64,000 bases of DNA from Candidatus Dojkabacteria bacterium. Lineage in GTDB: Bacteria; Patescibacteriota; Dojkabacteria; B142; OLB20. The stretch is taken from the NCBI GenBank assembly GCA_046753765.1, contig JBHHUN010000005.1, forward strand, positions 4,430-68,429. Reading direction: 5' to 3'. Shown piece by piece: positions 25,440 through 35,772 of this stretch. Positions within the stretch are counted from its first letter, which is position 1. Each line of letters begins with the position of its first letter. The notes beneath the pieces were generated by a model, which saw only the letters and a program-made list of their open reading frames with translations, was not told where the DNA came from and made no database searches. A program made the position numbers and the translations under genes.

Positions 25440-28400
25440 ATGATCAGAGACTTCAAAGCACTCAAGATTGCGATCGCTTCACCACAGCAGGTTTTGAGCT
25501 GGTCACACGGTGAGGTGAAAAAGGCTGAGACTATCAACTACAGAACACACAGAGCAGAGGTAGATGGATTAATGGACGAAAAGATCTTTGGTCCAACCAA
25601 AAACTTTGAATGCTATTGTGGTAAGTACAAAAAGATACGATACAAAGGAATTGTTTGTGATAAGTGTGGCGTCGAGGTAACCCATAAGCGCGTTCGACGT
25701 GAGCGTCTTGGGCATATTAAACTCGCTTCGCCGGTAACGCATGTTTGGTTTGCCTATGGTGTCCCTAACAAGCTGTCTCTTATCCTTGGAGTCCCGCAAA
25801 AGAAGCTTGAGACAGTGATCTACTTTGCCAGATACCTTGTCACGGACATTGATGACGACAAGAAAAAAGAGGTGAGCACAGGTATTAAAGAGAAACGTGA
25901 AGGTGAAATTAAGGAGATAAAAGCTGAGCTTAAGGCGAAGTTAAAAGATCTTAAGAAAGATTTCAAAGAGCGTACAGCGAAGCTAAAAAAGGAGACTAAA
26001 GACAAAAAGAAGCTCGACTTTAAACTGAATAAACTAACAGGTGACGAGAAAAAGGAGATAGCAAAGTTAAAGTCTATCTACTCTAAAAAAGAAGAGGGCT
26101 CAAAGTCAAAGTACAATGAAATTCTCGGCCTCGTTGATAATATGGAGATGGGAACGACCCTCTCTGAAGATGACTTTGGAACATTGATGGAGTACGAAGC
26201 AGACTTCTTTATTGCAGGTATGGGTGCTGAAGCAATAAAAAAGGTGCTTGCTACTATTGATCCTGAAGCAGAGATTAAAAAGCTCAAAGAGGCGAAAGAA
26301 AAGACAAAGTCGGTGTTGAAACATAGAAAGATAACCCAGAAACTCAGAGTTTTTGAGGGTATGATAAAGTCTGGGCTTGATCCTACATGGGTTGTAATGG
26401 AGATTCTGCCGGTAATCCCTCCAGATCTGAGGCCCATTATTCAGCTACCTGGCGGAAGATTTGCTACTTCAGACCTGAACGACTTATACAGAAGGGTAAT
26501 TAATAGGAATAACCGGCTCAAAAGGCTTATCGATCTCGGTGCGCCAGAGATTATCCTCCGAAATGAGAAGCGAATGCTTCAGGAGGCAGTTGATGCACTC
26601 ATCGATAATGACCACAGGCCCGGTAACGCAGTGCAGAATACACGTGGACAACCATACAAGTCGTTGTCAGACATGCTTCGTGGTAAACAGGGACGTTTCA
26701 GGCAAAACCTGCTTGGTAAACGCGTAGATTACTCAGGAAGATCAGTAATTGTTGCTGGTCCCGAACTCAAGATTAATCAGTGCGGTCTTCCTAAAACGAT
26801 GGCGCTTGAGCTGTTTAAGCCATTCGTCATGCGAGAGATCATCATGAAGGGGCTGGCACCTAACGTTAAGAGTGCAAAGCACTTCTTTGAATCAAAGTCG
26901 GCTGAGGTCTGGGATATCCTTGAGTACGTTATTCAGGATCGACCGGTACTGCTTAATCGAGCACCAACACTTCACAAACAAGGTATTCAGGCATTTTTCC
27001 CGGTACTGACTGAGGGTGACGCAATTAAACTTCATCCTATGGTGTGCACTGGTTTTAACGCCGATTTCGACGGCGACCAGATGGCTGTTCACGTTCCACT
27101 CTCAGATAAAGCTGTGGAGGAAGCAAAAGAGAAGATGTTCCCACAATCTAATCTTCTTCTAATGGCAGACGGTAGCCCGGTTGTAAACGTCGCTAAAGAT
27201 ATGGCGCTCGGTATTTACTACATGACAGGAATCGAAGAGCCAGAAGATGGAAAAGTCAAATACTTCGCATCGGTAGACGATGTTTTGGGCAGATATGAAC
27301 TAAATGATGTAAAGTTGCGACAAAGAGTGCGGGTGCTTGTAAAAGACGAGCTTAGAGAAACTACTGTCGGACGAATTATCTTTAACAGTCTTGCTCCTGA
27401 CAGCTTCCGTTACATCAACGAAGAGGTGAACAAGAAAGACATGTCCAGGATTGCTGCAGAGATTCTTGAGACCTACGGACACGAAGCAACTACAAGATTC
27501 CTTGACGAAGTTGAAGAGGTTGGTTTCAGGTATGCCACACAATCAGGAACTACAGTAGGTATGGAAGACTTTGTGATTAGCGACGAGAAGGATACGCTTC
27601 TTGAAGAAGTTGAGACAAAGGATGATCAGCTCACTGTTGATTACTACAGTGGACTCCTTACAGCTGATGAGAAGAAAAGGCTCTCAGAGCAGATGTGGAT
27701 GGAGTTGATAGAAAAGGTCGCCGAAGTCACTTGGGAGAACTATACAAAGGATAAGAACAACAACCTTGTAACACTTCAGGAGTCAGGTGCAGTTTCAGTC
27801 CAAAATCCGCTCAGACAGATCTCTGGAATCAGAGGGTTAATTCTTGACCCTCTTGGTAACGTTGTAGAGCTACCTTTGCGATCTAACTACAAAGAGGGGC
27901 TTTCAACTCTTGAGTATTTTGTTGCGGCCCGAGGAACAAGAAAGGGTCTTGCTGACACTGCTCTTAAGACAGCAGAATCAGGTTACCTGACAAGGCGATT
28001 GGTTGATGTTGCGCAGGATGTCATTACCAAAGAGATGGATTGTGGCACCGACGAGGGGGTCACATTGGTGAAAGCGAAGGACAGAAGGATCGATTGGGTA
28101 AACAGAATTACAGGACGATTTACTGCAGCTGATGCTGTTGATGAAAAAACTGGCGAGGTTATTGCAAAAGCAAACACAGAGATAACGCCCGAACTGGCAA
28201 GAAAGATTGATGAGGCGGATATTCCTCAGCTTCAGGTGAGGTCTGTGCTGGTCTGTCAGACTAGAAATGGAGTTTGTCAGATGTGCTACGGCTATAACCT
28301 TGGTACAAAAGTGCTGGTTGAGCCGGGCATCGCTGTTGGAGTGATTGCAGCCCAGTCAATGGGAGAGGCTGCAACACAGCTGACACTGAATACAAAGCAT

Positions 28401-29294
28401 TTGGCGGGTCGTGCTGGTACTGATATCACTCAAGGTCTTCCCAGGGTAGAAGAACTGTTCGAGGCCAGAACACCGAAGGCAAAGGCGGTCATATCTGAGA
28501 TCGATGGTAAGGTCAAGTTTGGTAAAGACGAAAATGATAATGTAGTGACGATAAAGGTGTCTGATCACAAGAAGCTTCACAAGACTTTTAATCTACTAAA
28601 GGGCGATATAACGAATATCAAGCGTTCTAAAAAGGTTAAAAAGGGAGATCTGATCTACACCACTAAAAGTGGCGAGACTATCAAGGCAGAGATGGACGGA
28701 ATGGTCAAAAAGAAAGCGGATGAACTTACGTATACGGTGGACAAAGAGATAGAGGTTGAGTATGACCTTGATACACACGATATTCCGGCTATTGAGGATG
28801 GTGACAATGTTATCAAAGGAACTCAGTTAACCCTGGGATCGACTGATCCAAAGGATATTATGGAGTTTGTTGGTATCCAGGAGACCCAGCAGTACCTGAT
28901 TGATCAGATCCAGGAAACCTACGGAATACAGGGTATCGGGATCGATGATAAACACGTTGAAGTTGTAGTAAGACAGGTCTTCAGGTTCAGTAAGGTGATT
29001 GACGCAGGAGATACCGATCACCTCCCCGGAGATTATCTGGATCACATAAAACTAACCGACGAGAACGAACAACTAAAGGCAGCTGGGAAAACTCCAGCTC
29101 AGGCACAACGCCAGCTGCTTGGTATTACAACCAGCTCAATCAAAACAGAGAGTTTCCTCTCGGCAGCATCGTTCCAGGAACAGGTACGAGTACTTAGCGA
29201 CGCAGCACTGGTTGGAAAGGTAGATGAATTGAGAGGATTGAAGGAAAATGTTATAATCGGAAGAACTGTTCCCCTTAGTGCAGAAGTTAGATAA
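25440..29294 (+). CDS. rpoC: RNA polymerase beta' subunit
   Basis: Zn finger [26 protein letters not shown], catalytic [16 protein letters not shown]. Confidence 0.99.
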   Translation: MIRDFKALKIAIASPQQVLSWSHGEVKKAETINYRTHRAEVDGLMDEKIFGPTKNFECYCGKYKKIRYKGIVCDKCGVEVTHKRVRRERLGHIKLASPVTHVWFAYGVPNKLSLILGVPQKKLETVIYFARYLVTDIDDDKKKEVSTGIKEKREGEIKEIKAELKAKLKDLKKDFKERTAKLKKETKDKKKLDFKLNKLTGDEKKEIAKLKSIYSKKEEGSKSKYNEILGLVDNMEMGTTLSEDDFGTLMEYEADFFIAGMGAEAIKKVLATIDPEAEIKKLKEAKEKTKSVLKHRKITQKLRVFEGMIKSGLDPTWVVMEILPVIPPDLRPIIQLPGGRFATSDLNDLYRRVINRNNRLKRLIDLGAPEIILRNEKRMLQEAVDALIDNDHRPGNAVQNTRGQPYKSLSDMLRGKQGRFRQNLLGKRVDYSGRSVIVAGPELKINQCGLPKTMALELFKPFVMREIIMKGLAPNVKSAKHFFESKSAEVWDILEYVIQDRPVLLNRAPTLHKQGIQAFFPVLTEGDAIKLHPMVCTGFNADFDGDQMAVHVPLSDKAVEEAKEKMFPQSNLLLMADGSPVVNVAKDMALGIYYMTGIEEPEDGKVKYFASVDDVLGRYELNDVKLRQRVRVLVKDELRETTVGRIIFNSLAPDSFRYINEEVNKKDMSRIAAEILETYGHEATTRFLDEVEEVGFRYATQSGTTVGMEDFVISDEKDTLLEEVETKDDQLTVDYYSGLLTADEKKRLSEQMWMELIEKVAEVTWENYTKDKNNNLVTLQESGAVSVQNPLRQISGIRGLILDPLGNVVELPLRSNYKEGLSTLEYFVAARGTRKGLADTALKTAESGYLTRRLVDVAQDVITKEMDCGTDEGVTLVKAKDRRIDWVNRITGRFTAADAVDEKTGEVIAKANTEITPELARKIDEADIPQLQVRSVLVCQTRNGVCQMCYGYNLGTKVLVEPGIAVGVIAAQSMGEAATQLTLNTKHLAGRAGTDITQGLPRVEELFEARTPKAKAVISEIDGKVKFGKDENDNVVTIKVSDHKKLHKTFNLLKGDITNIKRSKKVKKGDLIYTTKSGETIKAEMDGMVKKKADELTYTVDKEIEVEYDLDTHDIPAIEDGDNVIKGTQLTLGSTDPKDIMEFVGIQETQQYLIDQIQETYGIQGIGIDDKHVEVVVRQVFRFSKVIDAGDTDHLPGDYLDHIKLTDENEQLKAAGKTPAQAQRQLLGITTSSIKTESFLSAASFQEQVRVLSDAALVGKVDELRGLKENVIIGRTVPLSAEVR

Positions 29295-29317
29295 GCCAGA
29301 AGCTCACAAAATAAATA

Positions 29318-29764
29318 ATGGCAAGAATATCACAGCTTGTCCGTAAGGGCAGGAAAGCAAAAAGAGGTACTGTAAAATTTAAAGGATTGGAGTTTAGTAA
29401 GACTGCCAAATACAAGGCGCTCCAGTTTAATTACAACAGTATCAAGAATAAGTTCACAAAAAGGCACAACCCGTTTAAGCGCGGTGTATGTTTGGCTGTG
29501 TTTACAAGAACGCCCCGTAAGCCTAACTCGGCTCTACGTAAGGTTGCTAAAGTGAGACTATCAAATAAACAGGAGGTAACAGCGTACATTCCGGGCGAAG
29601 GGCATAACCTGCAAGAGCACTCAGTTGTGTTGCTTAAGGCGGGAAGAAAACCCGATTTACCAGGTGTAAGGTACCAGATTATTCGCGGTGTCTATGACAC
29701 TGCCGGTGTAGACGGACGCAGACAGGGAAGATCAAGATACGGAACAAAAAAACCAAAGAAATAG
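29318..29764 (+). CDS. rpsL: 30S ribosomal protein uS12
   Basis: [34 protein letters not shown]. Confidence 0.99.
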   Translation: MARISQLVRKGRKAKRGTVKFKGLEFSKTAKYKALQFNYNSIKNKFTKRHNPFKRGVCLAVFTRTPRKPNSALRKVAKVRLSNKQEVTAYIPGEGHNLQEHSVVLLKAGRKPDLPGVRYQIIRGVYDTAGVDGRRQGRSRYGTKKPKK

Positions 29765-29831
29765 TTAGACACTCAGCATAAGGTGCTGAGAGTATTCCTT
29801 CAAGGCAAGCTGTTTTGGAGTTGGAGAAGAG

Positions 29832-29873
29832 TCTATCAATGTGAATACCACCTTGATAGAGGTGGTTTTTTTT
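29832..29873 (+). terminator. Terminator with competing anti-terminator between rpsL and rpsG
   Basis: ACCACCT-TGATAG-AGGTGGT followed by a T run; TCTATCAA (29832-29839) is the exact complement of TTGATAGA (29853-29860). Confidence 0.65.
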
Positions 29874-29915
29874 ATTAAAAATTGCATTATCTAACTTAAA
29901 GACTTTTAAGAGATC

Positions 29916-30386
29916 ATGAGAGGAAAACAGGCCAAAAAAAGAAAGCTAGAGACCGATGCAGTTTACAACAGCATCCTGGTCACTAAGTTTATCAACTACA
30001 TTATGCAAGACGGCAAAAAGTCCGTTGCCCGCAAGCATGTATATGGTGCGCTCGATAAACTGGCAGTGGCAACTAAGATGGATGCCCTTGAGGCTCTAAA
30101 AAAGGCTATAAACAACATTAAGCCAAAGATGGAGGTCCGCTCAAGGCGACTTGGTGGAGCCAATTATCAGGTTCCTATTCCAGTGGAGGAGGACAGGCAG
30201 CTTGCGCTCGCATTTAGATGGATTATTGCTGTCTGCCGTGACAATAGAGGGAGTTTGACCTTTACAGATCGATTAACAACGGAGCTGATCGCTGCATTCA
30301 AGAAAGAGGGTGACGCATACAAGAAGCGTGAAGATACACACAAGATGGCAGATGCTAACAAGGCATTTAGTCATTTGAACTGGTAG
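29916..30386 (+). CDS. rpsG: 30S ribosomal protein uS7
   Basis: INYIMQDGKKSVA, EVRSRRLGGANYQVP, HKMADANKAFSH. Confidence 0.99.
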   Translation: MRGKQAKKRKLETDAVYNSILVTKFINYIMQDGKKSVARKHVYGALDKLAVATKMDALEALKKAINNIKPKMEVRSRRLGGANYQVPIPVEEDRQLALAFRWIIAVCRDNRGSLTFTDRLTTELIAAFKKEGDAYKKREDTHKMADANKAFSHLNW

Positions 30387-30391
30387 ATTAA

Positions 30392-30478
30392 ATGGGAGAC
30401 AAAGAAGTGAAAATGGGTGTTTACGAGCACTACAAGGGCAAGAAGGTTCTCCGGTTTAAGTTTATTGGTGGTAATTAG
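30392..30478 (+). pseudogene. Internally deleted DUF1653 gene remnant (28 aa)
   Basis: MGDKEVKMGVYEHYKGKKVLRFKFIGGN fuses the DUF1653 N-terminal GxYxHYKG motif directly to the C-terminal GKKVxRF motif. Confidence 0.6.
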
Positions 30479-30503
30479 ACGCAAGGGGGTGTATATTTAT
30501 AAT

Positions 30504-30527
30504 AGAGGCGAGAGCCTCTTTTTGTTT
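30504..30527 (+). terminator. Intrinsic terminator ending the rpoBC-rpsLG unit
   Basis: AGAGGC-GAGA-GCCTCT followed by TTTTGTTT (GNRA loop). Confidence 0.8.
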
Positions 30528-30549
30528 GAATCCTATTTGCTTTAGATGG

Positions 30550-30558
30550 TTATCCACA
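30550..30558 (+). promoter_or_regulatory. Single perfect DnaA box
   Basis: TTATCCACA in the intergenic region; no cluster of boxes seen. Confidence 0.35.
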
Positions 30559-30687
30559 AATGATACATATCGCATCTAAGCGTGAAACGGTGACTAGTTG
30601 CGGGTTCTGCCAACAATGTTACGTTTCTTTCTGGCGTTGGCTTCATAAACAAGGTACAGAGTGTATTTTATTAGCAGATAAGTGGTA

Positions 30688-31050
30688 TTAACCTTTAGCA
30701 AACAAATCAGCCCCCTCAGCAACCTTCCTAAACTCCCCCGCAACATCAGCTGTCTCAGCCTTTAGAAGCGCAGGAAACGTAATAACCACTGCCTCAAAAT
30801 CCCGCTTTAGCTCGGGAAGCATCTCCCGAACAATGCCTCTCATAACTCGCTTAGCGCGGTTTCTTTCAACAGCTTTCCCCACCTTTTTACTGGCAACAAA
30901 TCCAAATCTTGGAAGAGGTTTTGCTCTATCTACAAGACCTGCGCCCCGGAGGATGTATAAAAGAAAGTAGGGGGTATAGTGTTTTCTACCCTTGCGGTAG
31001 ATCTGGTCGTATTGCTTGGTATTGCGGATGCGGTTTGCTTTTGGAAGCAT
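30688..31050 (-). CDS. rnpA: RNase P protein component
   Basis: RFGFVASKKVGKAVERNRAKR (RNR motif); directly follows rpmH. Confidence 0.97.
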   Translation of the reverse strand: MLPKANRIRNTKQYDQIYRKGRKHYTPYFLLYILRGAGLVDRAKPLPRFGFVASKKVGKAVERNRAKRVMRGIVREMLPELKRDFEAVVITFPALLKAETADVAGEFRKVAEGADLFAKG

Positions 31051-31236
31051 TTATCTACGGCGCTTCAGGCGCTTGTTTTTATCTGTTCGAACTTCATCAG
31101 AAACAGTTAAATTGGCGCGTTTTTTATTACGACGTGACTTGATAACTCTGCGTCCACCAACAGTTTTCATGCGAGCCCTGAAGCCAAGGCTTTTTATTCT
31201 CTTTCGCTTTTTTGGTTGATATGTTCTTTTTGGCAT
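31051..31236 (-). CDS. rpmH: 50S ribosomal protein bL34 with C-terminal extension
   Basis: [28 protein letters not shown]; start re-called at 31236 (61 aa). Confidence 0.97.
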   Translation of the reverse strand: MPKRTYQPKKRKRIKSLGFRARMKTVGGRRVIKSRRNKKRANLTVSDEVRTDKNKRLKRRR

Positions 31237-31337
31237 AAGCGGGTTAATTTTACCATAAATACCTCCGTTATTGAGCTTTGAGGGCACTAAAAACCAATTG
31301 TATATAAATAGCCGGAAATATCTGTTAAAATCAGCCT

Positions 31338-32384
31338 ATGAGAATAGATGAGGTGATCTTAAAAGAAGGATATTTTCTGGCACTTGTGTTAGCACTTATG
31401 GTTGCGGTTGTTCTCGTCTTCGCACCATTTTTAAGCGTTATAATTGCAGCGTTTATTCTTGTTGAAGCCTTTTACCCCGTTTACAGCAGGCTCGCCGGAA
31501 GGATTAATCCGTGGTTCGCTTCTATCATCACAACTATACTCGCGCTTATTACTGTGGTCTTCCCTCTTATAATTATTTTGATCCTGGCCTCAGCGGAGGC
31601 GATAGCATTTGTTGGCAAAGTGGAAATCATTCTAACAGAAAGCGGCCTTGTAAATAACGGCATTATTGACCTGAGTCGATTTTCTGATGTTCTGAAAGCG
31701 ATTAATGTAGATGCAGCAGAAATAAATATCGCTGATCTGATACTTCAGGCAACGCAACTAATAGGACAATTTGTAACTGACATTGTTGGCAAGTTTTTTA
31801 GTGAGGTCATGAATGTCCTCTTTAAAGGATTCCTGATGATCTTCACTATGATTTACCTGTTTGTAGATCATGGCAAGATTGGTGAAAATATCCGTAAAAT
31901 CAGCCCCCTCCAGGATAATCTAGAGAAAACCTTCGCAGAGAAATTCAGGGCAACGACGAAGGCCGTTTTGGTTGGAACGTTTGTAATTGCACTTCTGCAG
32001 TCAACTGCGGTATTGATACCGATGTTCTTCATGAGGCTTGAGCCGTTGGTGCTGTGGTGGATTTTAATGTTTGTTCTATCAATTATCCCCGTTGGTTCTG
32101 GGCTTGTGTGGTTTCCCCTCGGAATCCTGCTTATCCTTTCGGGCAGAACGGTTGAAGGAATATTCTTGATCATCTATTCAGCTGTCATAATTAATGTCAT
32201 TGATACCTCTTTCAGGCCAAGATTGATCAAGAAGGGCACAAATCTGCATCCGATAGTCGCGCTGTTTAGTGTTCTTGGTGGACTCAACATGTTTGGTGTG
32301 ATAGGAATACTGTACGGTCCATTAATAGCAGTGTTCTTCATTACAGTTATGGAGATCTATCGTAAAAGATACAGGACTAACTAA
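31338..32384 (+). CDS. AI-2E family transporter
   Basis: Multi-TM; SIIPVGSGLVW, ID..FRP.LI, LHP..FSVLGG..FG..GILYGP. Confidence 0.93.
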   Translation: MRIDEVILKEGYFLALVLALMVAVVLVFAPFLSVIIAAFILVEAFYPVYSRLAGRINPWFASIITTILALITVVFPLIIILILASAEAIAFVGKVEIILTESGLVNNGIIDLSRFSDVLKAINVDAAEINIADLILQATQLIGQFVTDIVGKFFSEVMNVLFKGFLMIFTMIYLFVDHGKIGENIRKISPLQDNLEKTFAEKFRATTKAVLVGTFVIALLQSTAVLIPMFFMRLEPLVLWWILMFVLSIIPVGSGLVWFPLGILLILSGRTVEGIFLIIYSAVIINVIDTSFRPRLIKKGTNLHPIVALFSVLGGLNMFGVIGILYGPLIAVFFITVMEIYRKRYRTN

Positions 32385-32389
32385 CTTCT

Positions 32390-32668
32390 ATGCGTGTTCC
32401 GAAACTTCCAAGACCGACGAAAGACCATCTGGCCATGCTGATCGTAAGTACCATTGTTGTTGTAATCAGTATTGCGTACCTTGTGTTAATTGGTATACCA
32501 ATGACTCAGGCCAGAAATGAATACAATCGCGGGTACCGCCTTTATGAAAATGGCAGGTTGGAGCAGTCACGGGAGGTATTGAAGTACTCACTAGAAATCT
32601 GGTACTCAGATGAGGCTGAGGAGCTCCTCGAAACTGTATCTGATCGGCTGGGGATAGACTCTAACTAG
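32390..32668 (+). CDS. Hypothetical membrane-anchored TPR-like protein
   Basis: TM helix followed by YNRGYRLYENGRLEQS. Confidence 0.6.
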   Translation: MRVPKLPRPTKDHLAMLIVSTIVVVISIAYLVLIGIPMTQARNEYNRGYRLYENGRLEQSREVLKYSLEIWYSDEAEELLETVSDRLGIDSN

Positions 32669-33969
32669 TACTCGTCAGAGTAAAAAGAGGGATCACGCAG
32701 AACATTCTCGAGTCCCTTTGGATGCAGTGTATTCAACCTTTTTTGCCAAAACCGTGTGATAATCTTCCAGAATAAGTAGATCGACCCAAGAATAAGACCG
32801 ACAATGGCGGCAATTGCCACAAGTGACCTTGGGTAGGCGTTGGATTCGTCAGTGAGCGCTGTTGAGGCTGCATCGGTAGTATCTCCCGGAACGAAGATTG
32901 CAAGCTCATCAGTGTACTGGGATTGCTCATTTTCTCTGAAAGCCCGCACAGTGTAGAAGTATGTATGCTCACCCTCAACAGTGAAATCTGTATGATCCGT
33001 ATCGGAGCGTCCGGTGCGCTGGATCTCCTGGTAGTTTCCTCCAGAATCTTTGCTACGGAGAATGATGTATCCATCAATGTCGTCTGTTTTACTCTTGCTC
33101 CACTTCACAGTCACCTGCCGCGAGCTCTCCTGGGCGCTCACCTCAAGGTTCAAGATCCTTGGTGGTGAAATAACGTCTGGCGGGACTGTGGCAAGCTCTG
33201 CACCCAAAACCTGATCTTTGCTTATCGATGTAATGAAAGTTGTATCTTGAGAGATAGTAAGATTTCCTGACTGGTCTTCAAGTTGAAGTTGGAGATGATA
33301 CGTTATACCCGGGGACAGGCCACTTATCGCAATGTCATCCTTCCTCTTAAATCTCCCACTTTTTTGTGTAAAAGTGGAGTATTCCGAGGTCTTCCCAAAT
33401 CTGACCATACCCTTAACTTTTTCGTTACTTTCCCAGGATACAAGCGCAGAGTCAGTGCTAATGAAGCCAACCTCAAGCTCTTCTATCTCAGGGGCGTCCG
33501 TATCGGGGATCTCATAGGTCACAGTAATCTCAACATCAGAAAACGTAACAATATCATTATCGCCGATGTTTGTTCCCTGGAAGATAATCCCTTCATTTTC
33601 TTCTCCCTCCTCCAAATTTGACCATTCCCTTACAAGTGTCTCAAGTCCACTCAGCTTTTTGTTTCCCTCAAGCAGTAGCGATTTGGAGTCAAGTATATTT
33701 GAATCCGCCTTGTTGATGATTGTAACAACGCCGTTACTTGAACCCGACTGTTTGAAGTTGAGCACAGCAGTAGATAGAATTGCCTCCTCCGGCAGAGAGG
33801 ATGTGTTGAATACAATTTCGAACAGATCAATATCGCCATGAAATGCACCTTCTAAGCTGGCAGTTTCGGGTTGGGAGGGTAGCTTTATTTGTCGGTCTAA
33901 CGCCAAAACCGGACCGTGGAGAGCCAATACAAGAACGGCTAGGGTTATTATGATTTTAAGTCGCTTCAC
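32665..33969 (-). CDS. Surface protein with fibronectin type III domains and C-terminal TM anchor
   Basis: Signal peptide; FN3 signatures VSWES..GLSPGITYH and VKWSKS..GYIILRS..TYFYTVRA. Confidence 0.8.
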   Translation of the reverse strand: MKRLKIIITLAVLVLALHGPVLALDRQIKLPSQPETASLEGAFHGDIDLFEIVFNTSSLPEEAILSTAVLNFKQSGSSNGVVTIINKADSNILDSKSLLLEGNKKLSGLETLVREWSNLEEGEENEGIIFQGTNIGDNDIVTFSDVEITVTYEIPDTDAPEIEELEVGFISTDSALVSWESNEKVKGMVRFGKTSEYSTFTQKSGRFKRKDDIAISGLSPGITYHLQLQLEDQSGNLTISQDTTFITSISKDQVLGAELATVPPDVISPPRILNLEVSAQESSRQVTVKWSKSKTDDIDGYIILRSKDSGGNYQEIQRTGRSDTDHTDFTVEGEHTYFYTVRAFRENEQSQYTDELAIFVPGDTTDAASTALTDESNAYPRSLVAIAAIVGLILGSIYLFWKIITRFWQKRLNTLHPKGLENVLRDPSFYSDEY

Positions 33970-34526
33970 TTAGATTTAGCTTCAGTGTTGATAATCTCTT
34001 TGTCTGTAATAATAAAATCAACACTTTCATCGTGCTCATCTGCGGGGATCTCATCGAGTAGCTGGTCAGAGAAGGCAAATCCAATACGAATCACATCTCT
34101 GGGAAGCTTCTTTAAGAAGTTGTCGTACCACCCAACGCCCTGTCCAAGTCGGTTTCCGGACCGATCGAAGCCAACTCCGGGCAATATTACTACATCTACT
34201 TCTCCGTACTGTGCTGCAGTACACGGCTTCTTGGGCTCACCGATACCAAGGTGGCCGGTCTCGATATCTTCCATTGACGTTACGCATCCCATCTCCCCTT
34301 TGTCGATATACGGAAGAAATACTTTTTTGCCATCAGCCAGTGACTTTTTCAGAAGCTCAGTAGTACTCACTTCAATATCTGTACTCCAGTATAGAAGCAC
34401 GCCATCAGCCTCTTTGTAAAACATCGATTCAAGAAAGTTCCTTGTGATAGTTGCAGATTTTTTATCTTTGTCTGTAATCTGCCTGCGAATTTTTCTAAGC
34501 TCTGAACGGACCTTGTTCTTATCCAT
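33966..34526 (-). CDS. ygfA: 5-formyltetrahydrofolate cyclo-ligase
   Basis: K..R..R N-terminus, EVST, GIGEP, PGVGFDRSGNRLGQGVGWYD, EHD..VD.IIT. Confidence 0.95.
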   Translation of the reverse strand: MDKNKVRSELRKIRRQITDKDKKSATITRNFLESMFYKEADGVLLYWSTDIEVSTTELLKKSLADGKKVFLPYIDKGEMGCVTSMEDIETGHLGIGEPKKPCTAAQYGEVDVVILPGVGFDRSGNRLGQGVGWYDNFLKKLPRDVIRIGFAFSDQLLDEIPADEHDESVDFIITDKEIINTEAKSK

Positions 34527-34545
34527 ATTACGGGGCTAAACTGCT

Positions 34546-35646
34546 CTATTTTAAATAATCTCGCAGTGCTTGTGCAATCTCATCGCTCTTTAATCTTTTA
34601 AGGGCTTTAGCCTCAATTTGTCGGATACGCTCACGTGTTACTTTAAACTCGTGGCCAACCTCTTCGAGTGTTCTTGAAACTCCATCCTTCAAGCCAAATC
34701 GCAGTTCTAACACCTTCCGTTCCCTATCTGTCAGGCCGCTGAGGATCTCGTTAATTTGCTTTTTAAGTGAAGCCCACGTAGCTATCTCTGATGGTGAAGC
34801 TGAGAATTCATCGGGGATGATATCTCCGAGCTTACTGTCTTTTTCCTCGCCGATTGGTGCCTCAAGCGAGGCGGGCCTTTGCGCGATACGAATTATCTCA
34901 TTTACCTTTTCTATATCCATTTCCATCTCTTCGGCGATCTCTTTGATCTTTGGACGCCGTCCGAGTTTTGCCGCCAGCTGACTGGAGATTTTTGAGAGTT
35001 TATTAATGGTTTCTATCATGTGTACCGGAACCCTGATGGTTCTGGCCTGGTCTGCTATGGCCCTTGTAATTGCTTGTCTGATCCACCAAGTGGCATATGT
35101 AGAGAATTTAAAGCCTTTACGGTACTCAAATTTCTCAACCGCGCGCATGAGACCGATATTTCCCTCCTGTATCAGATCAAGCAGATCAAGCCCTCGCTTG
35201 GCGTACTTTTTTGCAATTGAAACAACAAGCCTCAAGTTTGCGGTAGTCAGCAGCTCGCGTGCCTCCTGGCTACCAGCCTCAATTTTTTTTGCAAGAATAA
35301 CCTCTTCCTGTGCATTCAGAAGTGGGATTCGACCAATTTCGTGAAGATATGCCCGGATCGGATCAGTGGATATGTGTGCCCTTATCTTTTTAAGTATCTT
35401 GATCTTTTGGTCAAATGTCATCCCTTTTTCTGAGGGAGTAACCACTTCCTCATATTCGTCAGTCTCAGGTTCGATGATCTCAATATCCTCCTCTTGCAAT
35501 GTATTGATTATGAATTCAAGCAGATTCATATCCTCTTCGATCTGAGGGAATTTTTCGATTACCTGATCCTGAGTGAGATATCCCTGATCTTTGCCGATAT
35601 CCACTAAAGCTACTACAAGCTTTTTCTTTTTTTGACTGATCGCCAT
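34546..35646 (-). CDS. rpoD: Primary sigma factor RpoD/SigA
   Basis: [57 protein letters not shown]. Confidence 0.98.
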   Translation of the reverse strand: MAISQKKKKLVVALVDIGKDQGYLTQDQVIEKFPQIEEDMNLLEFIINTLQEEDIEIIEPETDEYEEVVTPSEKGMTFDQKIKILKKIRAHISTDPIRAYLHEIGRIPLLNAQEEVILAKKIEAGSQEARELLTTANLRLVVSIAKKYAKRGLDLLDLIQEGNIGLMRAVEKFEYRKGFKFSTYATWWIRQAITRAIADQARTIRVPVHMIETINKLSKISSQLAAKLGRRPKIKEIAEEMEMDIEKVNEIIRIAQRPASLEAPIGEEKDSKLGDIIPDEFSASPSEIATWASLKKQINEILSGLTDRERKVLELRFGLKDGVSRTLEEVGHEFKVTRERIRQIEAKALKRLKSDEIAQALRDYLK

Positions 35647-35772
35647 GGAATAGAGTTGTTATGTCTACTTATCTTAACGTAGAGATGCTCATTTTATCAT
35701 AGTTGAAGGTGCTTTTGCCTTGTTTAACTGAAAAAAAGGATGTTAGTATAGTTGTAGTAGTTGCTGCATTGA

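Noticed and set aside
30550-30558. oriC next to rpmH-rnpA
   Set aside because: Only one DnaA box, no dnaA/dnaN nearby, and flanking highly expressed genes converge rather than diverge.
30480-30690. yidD downstream of rnpA
   Set aside because: Only a 34-aa minus-strand ORF without the CRFxPTCS motif.
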